Positions 38,971 through 50,600 of a stretch of 55,184 nt of DNA are shown piece by piece; within the stretch, counting starts at the first letter, position 1; every line of letters begins with the position of its first letter. Source of the stretch: Saprolegnia diclina VS20 (lineage: Eukaryota); the NCBI RefSeq assembly GCF_000281045.1, contig NW_008246139.1:151362-206545 (forward strand), read 5' to 3'. The notes below the pieces were generated by a model. It was given only the letters and a program-made list of their open reading frames with translations. It did no database searches and had not been told where the DNA came from. A program made the translations under genes and the position numbers.

Positions 38971-41470
38971 ATGCGCAGGTACCTCGCCGGTCGCCGCCCA
39001 TGGCGGTCGCTTCTGGCGCTGCCAGGCCGCGTCGCCGGCGTTGGCCCTCGGCGCACCTCGTCGCTCAGCCCGGACCAACGCGGCAACCTCGACATTTTGC
39101 GCACGCTGGCTGAGAGCCTCCAGACGATGCCAAAGTCCTTGAACAAGTGGACATCGGCCGACTGGTTCATGCGGCTGACAATGCTCTCGACGCACAACTC
39201 GACGCGCCACCATGTGCGCCGCAGCCAGCTGCATCGACCGGACGCCGTCCGCCTCTCGCTGGCCGAGGCAGCGATCGACGCGCCGTTTCTGCACGAGCTG
39301 CCATACTACATTCGCATCTGCGACGCCTCGTATGCGTTCACGACCAAAGGCTTTCTGCGCGAGAGCAAGCTGTCGATAGCGCCCGACGACATTCTCCAGC
39401 AGGAGCCCGGCGGTGTCTTTGCGCCCAAGTACTACTTGTACGTCGATCACGGCCGACACGAAGTCGTGCTCGTCATCCGCGGCAGCGCCAGCATCCAAGA
39501 CTTTTGCACCGACATGTGCATGGACCACGAGCCCTTCCAGACCGGCTACGGTACGCTCGCTTTATATCTTGGCGATGCTTAGGTGTCTTGATCACAGGCC
39601 ACCGCGGAATCGTTCACGCCGCGCATTGGCTCGACTGGAAGCTACGTGACGACATGATCAACATTGCTGCCGACTACCCAACCTACAGCGTACACGTCAT
39701 GGGCCATAGCCTGGGTGCCGGCGCCGCAGCGCTCGTCTCGACGCTGTGGGCGACGGCGCTGCCTCGACTGCGCTGCCTTGCGTTCGCCCCACCGGCGTGC
39801 TTGACACTGGAGCTGGCCCAAGCGTGCGAAGGCCGCGTTGTCAGCGTAGTCTGCGGCGACGACTGCGTGCCACGGCTCAACAGCCACAACCTCGTGCGTC
39901 TCCAAGAAGAGGTAGAGTTGCCTGCGGTTGCAAGTGCGATATTGACACGTCTTCCATAGGTAGTAGCATTTGACATTTCGGCGGCGCTGAAGAGCATGAT
40001 GGCCGACGAGATCGAAGCGCAAAAGTCGGTCGCGTCCGAGAGCTTCAAGCAGCTCCGCGAGGCCATGGCGATCGTCGACGAAATGAAAGAGGTACGTTTT
40101 ACGAGGCTAATTCTTACCACGCGGCTCAGAGACGCACGCAGACAGCGTCGAGCATGGTACAAGCCACGAGCACTAACGACAAGTCGGCCATCATCGACAA
40201 GCTCTCGACGCAGTGGGTCAAGCTCGCCAAGCCGGCGCTGCCGACCGTCGAAGCCGATGTTGGACTCTTCCTCCGCGAAAACCGCGACAGTAGACGCCTT
40301 TCAAAGTACGCGAGCTAATGAACCATGATGTAGAGCTAACACAGCTCTGGACGACGGTCGAAGCGCAGGTGCAGCGCACCGAAGAGCTCCTCCGCCTCGA
40401 CAAGCCCCAACTGCAAGCCCTCGCGCAGCTCAAAGCCAAACTCAACACCCAGGACATGGTGCTTTTGCGTCAAAAACTCGATTTTTTGGCGGTCAAGCCC
40501 GACAACGCAGCAACCAAAGGTAGTCGACAGGTCCTTTGCCACCGCCGTAGGAATACGCTGCTGCGTAGAGATCATGGCCAAGTGGAGCCGGCTCGACGTC
40601 AAGGTCATGGTGATGGAAGGCCTCCTCAAGTTTTTGCACGACCCAGAGAGGAAGCGGCAGCTCATTGCGCAGCTGGAGCTCCTACTTCGAGAGCTGGCGC
40701 GCGTCCGGTCGAGCAAAAATACCGGCCGTACACTGCCGCGCCTCGACTCAATTGCTGAACCATCGATGATGTAGTCAACGCGATGCTGGAGCCCTTGTCC
40801 AACCAAGTGTACGAGCTCTTGGTCAAGATCAAGTCTACGCTGCAACACGACAACTTGGCCGTGCCCCTCACAGCAAGGTAAACCACACCGCTCGTTTCCT
40901 CCAATGTATATAGCGTCATGTAGCTTTACATGGGACGCGCGGCCAAAGCAGCCGGCACCAGAGGCCGCGCCGTACGATCGAACTTGAACTTACGATGCTA
41001 CTACTCTACTTGTAGGGAAAAACTGCTGCCCTTTCTCGAGCGAAAAGTGTTTGATATCGTGGACGGGTTTTGCGACGAGCTTCGCAAGGAGACAACGTCC
41101 ATTCTGGAGCTGAGCCAAGCAGGGTATACATGCGTGTCGCATAGTCTCTCGCGTATAAAGTTGATATTGTAGGGACGGTGGTCTGGAGGCCCTACTTCAA
41201 ATGGATCCTGCGCTCCAGACGGCACCGCTGTACCCCCCTGGGAAAGTCTACGTCCTTGAAAAAGTTAGCTCTTTTTTAGCCATTGAGGTGCTCATTGATT
41301 ATGGCTAGGATCCGAGTGGGGCAACGCCAACTGTGTTGTCTGTGACGGCGGTGGACACGTACTTTAACCGGATCAACGTCTCGAACGACATGCTCCTCGA
41401 TCACCTCTGCACGACGTACGAAGCATCCATCCTCTCGCTCCTTCCTCCGCCTCCCGCAAAAGACATGTAG
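38971..41470 (+). CDS. Lipase class 3 / diacylglycerol-lipase-like alpha/beta hydrolase, ~676 aa, 11 exons
   Basis: VLVIRGS..IQDFCTD, GHRGI, GHSLGAG (nucleophile Ser), AFAPP, DDCVPRL (Asp), LYPPGKVY, FNRINVSNDMLLDH (His). Introns 39551-39597, 39912-39959, 40092-40141, 40290-40333, 40520-40568, 40728-40774, 40878-40923, 40972-41015, 41124-41172, 41264-41308 (all GT-AG, 44-50 nt) give a 2031-nt open frame. Confidence 0.8.
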
Positions 41471-41483
41471 CATTTTTTTAAGT

Positions 41484-41570
41484 ACGAAATCGTACCTCGA
41501 AACAACGAATTCCTACCTGAAACAACGAATTCCTACCTAAAACAACGAATTCGTTCATGTGGTACGAATT
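41484..41570. repeat. Short tandem repeat, ~20-bp unit ACGAATTCCTACCTRAAACA, ~3.5 copies plus an inverted partial copy
   Basis: AACAACGAATTC at 41501, 41521 and 41541; degenerate first copy at 41484; palindrome AACGAATTCGTT at 41544-41555; GGTACGAATT at 41561. Confidence 0.85.
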
Positions 41571-41651
41571 AGCGCAACTAAACTTCTGTGCCGGTTTCAC
41601 GGGCGGTTGTTGCCCTTCTACGCAGCTGTTGCGAGGCGTCGCGGCGGGCAC

Positions 41652-44600
41652 ATGGGACAGATCGCGTCGGCGCAAGGCGCGCCCGAGGCGCCGCGGCCCA
41701 CCTCCTGGGATGACGTCGATGAGCTCCAGACGCAGCCCATCGACATTCCTCATTTTCTCTGGCGGGCCGAGGTCGAGGCAGGGTACTGGAAGCACCTCGA
41801 GGCGGCGCAGATCCAGCCAATTCGGTTCTTGGGCCAGCGCCTCACAGTCAAGCAGATTCGGTACTGTCGCTTCCCATATATATGCAGCCCATCGTCAGTA
41901 TCAATGCAATAGCGGCAGCGCCGATACGACCAAGCCGCCGCTTCCCCCACTCGCACCCGACATGGTACATCTCGACACATGTTGAAACAACACTACTATG
42001 GACTCTGTAGTCGCCCGGCGCTGCGTTTCTCGCGATGCCGCAGCTCATGGATGAACACTGGATCTACCCGTTGTGTGCGCTCATCACCAACTCTGATGCG
42101 CGGACCGCCGAGATGGCCATGGCGGCGCTCAGCAGCATCATCGACTCGGGCAAGCGACAAGAGATGGCCGTTGACGCACGTGCGATTCCGAGCCTCTTGT
42201 CGCACCTGCCGCCTCTCAAAGCCAATTGGAGCGCGGCGCAGTTTGCGGTTCACGCGCCGCTGCAGCGCACGGCGTTCGACGTGCTCACTGCACTCTGCCA
42301 CGACAACCGTACGTGTTGTAGTCATGCAAATAGGTAGGAATCTACGTTATTAGGGGCTGTGGCGCTCAACCTCATCGAGCTCCAAGTCGTCGAGCGAATC
42401 GTAGACGTGTGCAGTGCACCGACACCGACACTCGTACTAGAAGAGCGCAAGGCGAGTGCACTGCAGACGCTCTTGGAGCTGCTCAAGCAAGGTCGGACAA
42501 AAAAACATCATTCTCTCTAGAAAGTGCAATGTGAGATCTAGATGAGCTCAAGCGCGAGCTCGCGAGTACGCCCGTTGTCGGCATGCTTGTCGTGCTGGTC
42601 TCCAATACGCACGCGTCGATTGCATTTCACGCGCTCGCGAGCCTCTCGGAGCTCTTCCTTTGCGGTACACTCCCTTATTATATGCCATCGCCTCAGCGTG
42701 TACGCAGCACCGGCGCGGGAGGCCGCGATCGCCGCCGGCGTCATTCCGCTGCTACTGACGTGCCTTGTCTCGGCGACGCTGCCGCACTCGAACAAGACGC
42801 TGATTCTACAAGCCACGTACGCGCTCTCGATTCTAGCCACACACGTGGCCGACGCGTTTCCGCTCGACGATTCGGTCACGGCGATCTGCCACGTCATGGA
42901 GATCCTACGCGGCGCCCTCAAGCGGTCTCGGCTCGCGAGTCTTGTGTGCATGTTCATCACGGGTCTGAGCTGGCGCGTCCCGGCTTGCCACCGTTTCCAA
43001 GTCGCCTTGCGCGACCGGCCGAGCCCCAACTTGTTCGCGATTCTCGCAAGTTTGCTCATCGGCGGCTCCAACGACGTGATTTGTGCCGCGTCCATTGCTG
43101 TCGCCGCGCTTAGTCGCCAGTCCCCCGAGAGCGTCCACTCGTTTGTCAAGCTCGATGTGCATGTGACGCTGACAAAGCTCCTCGCGGCCAAAGATACGCG
43201 CGTCGCGACGTCCTCGGCCATGGCGCTGCATCGGTTTTTGCAGCCGTACCAGCTCGAGCTCGTACTTGGCGGCCGAATACGACCAGCGCCATGGCAAACC
43301 GAGATGACGCAGCTCATGCATTCGATGGGGGCTATGGACGTGCTCTTGACGACGATCCTTGCACCACCCACGTCAACTCAACCTGCGGACAAGCCCCCCG
43401 CATCAGCGTACGAGATCCAGTCGACGCTAGCGCTCTTTGGGTATGCGCAAAACAAGGCGGTGTGGGGCGCCACAGCGACCGTCCATCGCATGCTGCTGTA
43501 CATGCATGCGGCCGACAACGAGCTACTTCTCGAGCTCCTCTTGCACGTGCAACTGTGTACAGCACCCGACCTCACCGCCTCGCCGCGACCGTTCTGCGAT
43601 CTCTTTGTGAGTCATGGCGGCACCGAGATTGTACTCCCGCTACTCACGCCAAAGACCGCGCCCAAGTACCTCGTCGCGGGGCTTGCGATTTGGCTGCACT
43701 TGGCACTGGCCTACTATCGCGACGCATCCCCGCTGGTACCAGCGCACATTGAGACGATGCTGCAAGCGAGTTTGGGGCTCTGCGCCCACGTCCAAGACGT
43801 CTTTGTGCTCGCAGCAACGATCCGCGTCCTCGAAGTGCTCTCGGAGCCAAAGTGCTGCCTCGCCGAGACAACGTTGGCGACGATCTTGCGCGGCGACGCG
43901 CACCGCGTCACAAACTTACTGTTTGTGCACAAGGAAGAGATTCAATACAAGGCCGGGCTCGTCGTCGGGCGGCTCGTTCGCGCCGGCAACGGCGTGTACC
44001 TTCCACTCCAGAGCGCGTGTGCGCAGCTGCTCGTGCTGCTCGAGTCGCCGTCGCACGATGTCGCGTTTGCCGCCAGCCATGCGTGGGGCAATTTGCTCGT
44101 ACTGCCAAGTCCGCTTGTCTGCTTTGGCGGCCAAGCCCCGTCGGCGGTGGCCAGTGTCTTGCGCCTCTTTTCAGTGCAAACGCAGCCCAAGCACCTCCGG
44201 GATGCAAGTCGAACGCTCTATCGCGCTTCGAAGTCCCATGAGGTCCAAGGCGAGCTGCTCCGGTCCGGCATGTCGATCCTCGAAGGGCTCGTCCGGCACG
44301 CCCTCGACGTGGTCGGGCACCACACGATGCTGACGCTCACCGAGATGGGCAAAACTCCGATGTACCGGCCGTCCGTGCTCTCGCCATCGGTGCTTTTGCT
44401 CTTCCAAGACCTCTTTCTCTCGTTGCCAGAGACTCCCGTGGTGCCACCGGCCCGGCTGCTCCAAAACAAACTCGACGCACTGTACTTTGTAGCGCACGTG
44501 TGCGTCGACGCCGCGTCACAGCATACCGTCCTAGTCGCGGGTCTCGTCGACCATACGATGGCGCTGGTCCTGACGCCGTCGCCCGATGAGGTATCAGCGC

Positions 44601-47600
44601 TCAAGCTCGCTGCGCTCACGGCACTTGCGACGCTCTGCAGCGCGGACGACGCGACGCGCGACCACATTCTCATCGAGCCGATTGTCGCAGCCGTGCTGAG
44701 GCTTCTGGATCCACCCGAGATGGCGCACCTGGAGCTCCTCACGCAGTGCCTCACGATCGTACTGCACCTGTTGGACGCACCGCGGGCGCAGCTGCTCATT
44801 GGCAAGAGTCCGCTCGTTGGCAACATTGTGCAGACGCTGCAAGTCCTCGACAACAACGTGCGGTCGCTGGCCTGCCAAGTCCTTGCCAAGCTCGCGTTCC
44901 GCTGCGACGGTGTGAAAGCCGACATGTCGCGCATGGACGCACTCAACATTTTGCTCAACCTCGTCTGCCTCGAGTCGCTCGGATCACGTGTGCAGCGCGA
45001 TGCATTGCATGCGCTCGGGACGCTCGTGGGTACGGCGTCGCCGGCGTCCAAGACCAACAAGCAGGAGCTGTTTGACCTCCCACAGTCGATCCAGCTCACG
45101 AAAATGCTGTCGCGGCCCGATGGCGCCCATGCGGCAGCGCTCGAGACAGCGGCGCTCGTCCTCGCGGTCTTGGCCAACGCCACGTACCATTCGCCGCGCA
45201 ACCAGCGGCTTCTGCAGACGCTTGAAATGCCGGTCGTGGCGCTCACCGACGTCTTCTTTGACGCCCCGTCGTCGTTGACGGAGCCCATCGCGGTACAAGC
45301 GCTTCGCGTGCTGGCCAATTTGACGTCGCACGCCGAAAATCGGCGCAACATGGCGCGGGACCCGGCCCTCTTTCGAGCCTTGCTTCGCGCGCTGCAGTCG
45401 GACGTCGCGCAATTGCATCGATTCAGCGCGTTGGCGATGGCCCATCTCGCGACGGGCAGCGACGACCACCGCATCCTCATGGGCTCTTTTGGCGGCCTTT
45501 TGCCCGCGCTGGCCGAACGGTACCGTGTTGTTTGCATTTGAGTGTTGATTTTTTTCATTTCTCAAATTTTCAGATTTTGCTTCATTTTTCGTTGCACGTA
45601 ACAATCTAATGCTGTGCTAGACTCAACGCCAAGCACCCGCTCGTGCTCGAAAATGTGTGTTTTGCCATCACAAAACTCGGCGCGCACGGCGGCAACCAGA
45701 TCATTTTTGGCGCCAACTTGGTCTTTGAACGGCTGTTGCCGCTCGCGGTGCACAATGACGTGGCAGTCCAGAAGATGGCCGTGAACGCGATCGCGGTTTT
45801 GATCGACGGCAACGAGAAGAACAAAGTGTCGCTGGTCGAATGCAACGCGATTCCGATCCTCTGCGGCCTCGTCAACCAGCTCGACAGCGTCCACTCGCGC
45901 GTACTCGAGTGTGCGATGCAAACGCTCTCGGGGCTCGTGGCCGCGCAGGTGATTGAAGTGAGCAAGTACCTCGACCCGCGCGTGGTGATTCGGCTCTTGA
46001 GCAGCGTCAACGCCAAGCTCCAGCGCACGTCCTTGACACTGCTTGCGTCTTTGACCAAAGAGTCGTTCAACAAGGTGCGGTACGGCGAGAAGGACTGCAT
46101 GGAGGCTGTCGTGCAGTGCCTCAACAGCCACCTCAGTACGGGCACCAGCGACCGCGTCGAGAATGACGCAACGTCGCTCTTGGACTCGGAAGCCGACTTG
46201 ATGTTGGTCGAACTCGCGGCGACGTCACTCGCCAACCTCTCGTTCGAACCACTCAACACGACGGCCATCATTGAAGCCAACGGCACAGTCAGCTGCGTCC
46301 AGCGTCTCGGCGAGCTCATTGACGCAGCGCTCGTCCTGTCGTTCGAGTCGTCGCCGCAAAAGCCCAACAAGCGCCAAAGCCCCAAGAAACCGGCCACGCA
46401 GCACGGCAGTAGCAGCAACAACAACAACCATGACGACGACGAACAGAGCCGCGCGTATGTGGCAGACGAGACGCCGACCAAAGTCGCGATCCCGCTTCTC
46501 ATCACGCGCCCGATGCAGTGTGCCCACATCCTCGAGCAATGCGCGCTCATACTCAACAACTGCGCGCACGCCATCTTGGCGGGCCGGTACGTCACCGAAG
46601 ACCTTGTCGGTACCGTCACCATGATGCTCGGCCACGCGAGCGACCTCGTCAAGAAGTGCGCGTGCTTTACACTGACGATTTGGTGCTCGAAGGTCGAGCT
46701 GCACCAAGGCTACGTCATGAACCAGCCAGGCGTGCTCACGACGCTGATTGGGCTGCTCAACTCGTCGAACGCGGGGATCCTCGAGGCCGCGCTCTGGGTG
46801 CTCACCAAGCTCTCGGGCTACCGCGACAACCACATTCAGATGGCCAACTGCGACATTGTGCGCATTTTAGAAGCACTTATCTTTCGCTTCCACACGTCGA
46901 TTGGCTCGGGTACGCGCCCATGTCTCATAGTCCTCGATGGAACGAGGCTGCATCGTAGGTGTTTTGGACCGAGCCATCCGGCTTCTTGGCAACCTCGCAC
47001 TCCACGACCCGATTCGAGGGCTCGTCAAGTGCGAGGGGCTTGTCGCGGGTCCGCTGCACAGCATTTTGGAGCACCAGCTGCAGCCGCATCCGGCGCCTGT
47101 GATTGAGGCGGGACCGATTCTCCACTGCAAGAACATTGCGCGGCTTATGGGCATCCTCCTCGGCGAAGACGCGCTCAAGCTCTTCTTCCCCAAGAAGACG
47201 CTCGGCCTCCTCAAGCGCATTTACATTGCCGACTCGACGTTGGTCAAGGTCCGGCGCAACATCATCCTCGTCTTCTTCCTTCTCTCGGGGATTGAAGAGC
47301 ACCGATTTGGGATCGCGTCTGGCGAGAAGGACTCGGTCGTGCCCAAGCTCGTGCAAGCGCTGGCCCTCGACGAGCACGAGCTCTTTGTGCGGGCCAATAT
47401 TTTAGCTATGTTTTCGCTCTGGAGCCAGCACGAAGGTCTCTGCCACCTGCTCTACCTCTGCGAGATTGCTGAGACGCTGTTGAAATACATGGTGGTCACC
47501 GAGTTTGAAGCCGATCACTACGCCGCCATCATCGTCCATCATCTCTCGAGCTTGAAGGAGCAAGTGCGCAAGCGCCTCGCCATGGAAGGCACGACCGAGC

Positions 47601-50600
47601 TTGCGCTCTCGCTGCTCAAGCAATGCCTTGAGACACCGATCCCGAACGACCCGTTCGCCTTCAGCTGCGCGGGCATCCTTGCGAATCTCACGGTTCACGA
47701 CGATGCCAAGGCGATCGTGGTGCATGTCGGCGGCCTCCCGACGCTCCTGACGTACCTCGGGCTCAAGATCGACGATGTTGTCCACGGTGGCCCCAATGCG
47801 ATCCTGGATAGCCTTGCCAAAGTCCTCGCCAACCTCTCGTTCGACGACGCGTGCAAGGTTGAGATGCTGCGACTGCACACGATTCCGCTTGTGCTCCAGG
47901 TGCTACAGCGGCGCCTGGCCAACTTTGTGGGCGTGGAAAACTACGTCCTGTGCCTTGGCAACCTCTCGACTGTCCATGGCGCCATCGGGCAGCTCGAAGT
48001 CGCCAGTGCGATACCAACGTTGTTTTCGCATTTGGAAGCGCACCAAACTAGCTCGCCCTGGGTGGCCAAGTGCGTTATCTGGACCATCTCCAACATGACG
48101 ATGCACTCGACCAAGAGCAAGTACCAAGTGCTCGAGTATCCCACCGGCCTTCTCCTCGTGCTCTCACTGCTCAACACCGAGACGAGCAAGCAGACGGACA
48201 CGATCATCGAGTGTACGATGACGTGCCTGAGCTGCCTCGCGACCGAGCCCCCGATTGCGGCCGGCCTCGCAGCGTGCGCCACGATTCCCTTGATCTTGCG
48301 CTACCTCGAGCCCGACGTGCGCCAGAGTCTCCAGCGCAAGGCGGTCAAGACCATCAACTCGCTCGCAACATTTGGGTTTGCCGACTATATGGAGGACCTC
48401 TCGCACACGCACACGCGGCTCCTCTCGATCGCGTCCGAGGGTCACCAGAGCATTGCGCCCACCGCGATGGCGGCGCTGCGTCGCATTTCGCATCTGCGCA
48501 ACGAGTCGCCCCAAGTACTCTGCGAACATGTCAACGGCATTGACGCGCTGCTCCAGCTACTCCAAAGCGAATCGACGAGCACGGTGCTCGACGCGCTCCA
48601 CTTGCTGCATCATATTGCAGTCGAGACCGCGCCGATTCTGAGGAACGCGCAGTACTTTGCGACCCGGCAATCGTGTACGCTGGCGACTACGCTCCTCGGC
48701 GACGACTGCAGCACCGAGATGGGCGACGCTGTCGTGCGCTTTGCAGCCTTCTTAATTCAAAACTCGCAGTTTGACACGGGCATGGCGGCAAGCGACGAAG
48801 ACTGGCCGCTTGTGCTCACCCGCCTGAGTCGATGGTGGGACGGCCTCGATGCGTTCGAGACGCACGAGCTGACGCCAAGTCTGCTCGCTGCCGTCGACAG
48901 CTTTATGCGGGACAAGACGTTCATTGGCAAGCACTATGGCCCGACGATTCTGTCGGCCTCGAGTCTCCAACGAATCGCCAGCAGCCTCCTCAAGCTCCTC
49001 AAGGGGCACATCGACCCCGTACTGCATGGCACGCGGGCGTTGGTGCACTTGGCATGCGCGTCACTGCACTATCAAAAAACGCTCTTTGAGGTAGGCTTTG
49101 CGAGACAGCTCTCGCATGTGCTCCTCGCGGCTCCTGAGACCACGTGTCCGGACGTCTTGTGGCTCGTCTTGCTACAAGGTATTTTGCTCTACACCCACGA
49201 CATAGTCGCCCGGGAGATGTACATGGAGATATCGACGGCAGATGCGCTCTTGCGGCTCCTTTTTCATTCGAACCTCGTCGTCGCTGCCAGAGCGTTGGAG
49301 ATTGTACATCTGCTGGTCGCGCAGCCGCTCGGTCAGCGTGCATTTCGGGCGGCCGAGGCCATTATGCACCTCACGACCAAACTCCGCAGTGAAGAGGATA
49401 CGACGAACCAAGTCCGGCTTGTGCAGAGCCTCGTGCTGCTCTGGGACGAGGCCGAGACGACCGTGCGTGCATTTGTTACCGCCGAGACAGTGCCGCTGCT
49501 CATGGGGCCGTGTCTCGTACGTCACTCGACCGACACGTTGATCTTGCTGCACTGTCTCTCGCTCTCAGCGCGCTTCCACGCCTCGCTCTTTTGCTTTGCA
49601 GAGAGCTTTCTCGATCGACTGCGCAGTCGCACGCAGTGGACGTCGTCCGACACGGTTCTTGTGCTCCGCATTCTTGTCAACTTCTGCTGGGCCGTCGACT
49701 CGTACATGCTGCGGATGGTCGACTGCGGGCTCTTGCGAACGCTGCTGCCGGTGGCGCAGTGGGTGTGGGCGCCGTTCAACTCGGAGGCCCGCGCCAGCAC
49801 CGTGCCCGAGGCTACCTGGGAAAAGGAAGTCGAGTTCGTCTTGAAGCTCCTCGCGCGAATCACATACGACCCGGCACTGCGCCTCACGTTCGTCGACGGC
49901 GCCGAAATTCCGGATATTTTGGCGTTGCTCAAGCCGCCGCTGCGCCATGGCAACGACTGGGACGACCTTGGTCTGCTTGAGAACGGCGCCGAAACCATCG
50001 CCAACCTTGCGATGGTCAAGGACATTCAGATCATCTTGATTGTCGAAGACGGCGTGACGTACATGGCGCAGCTGTTGCTGCTGCTGCCGGCCAAGCACAC
50101 GCGGCTCACGCGGCGCCTCGTCCGCGCGATCCACAACCTCTCGTACGACTTGGAGGTCCAGGCGATCCTGGCGGCGCAGCAGACGTTTCCTTACTTTATC
50201 CAGCACATCGCGTCGCTCAGTGGTCTCCCGTTGCTGCCACCGCCCGATGCGACATCGCTGGACGTGAACGCGAGTCACCATGTGGCCGCCATGGCTGTGT
50301 GCATCGTCCACGACATCTCCAATACGGTCCAGTGGGTCGATGGTCTCGTAGAGATGGGCGCCCAGCGCGGCTTGGCAGCCTTGCTGCACCACAAGGCGCT
50401 GGGTGCGTGGTCGGATGCAGCGATCGATCTCGAGTCGCTCGTGCTCGAGACACTTGGCAACCTCTCGCACACGGCGTTCGTGGAAACGCTCGTCACCGAT
50501 GGTGTCGCGTTGCACTTTGGACAGTTTGTCGTATCGTACTTGGGCGTCCTTGCGCTGACGCCACCCGGACCGCGCAAGCAGCTGCAGTTTGGCTGGGCGC

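Noticed and set aside
41484..41570. CRISPR array
   Set aside because: Repeats are contiguous with no unique spacers, the context is eukaryotic, and no cas genes are present.
44218..45558. Long antisense or alternate-frame ORFs (e.g. 446 aa here, 5814-7133, 11003-12286, 49565-50707)
   Set aside because: Shadow ORFs expected from GC-rich codon bias of the real overlapping genes; no recognisable protein features.
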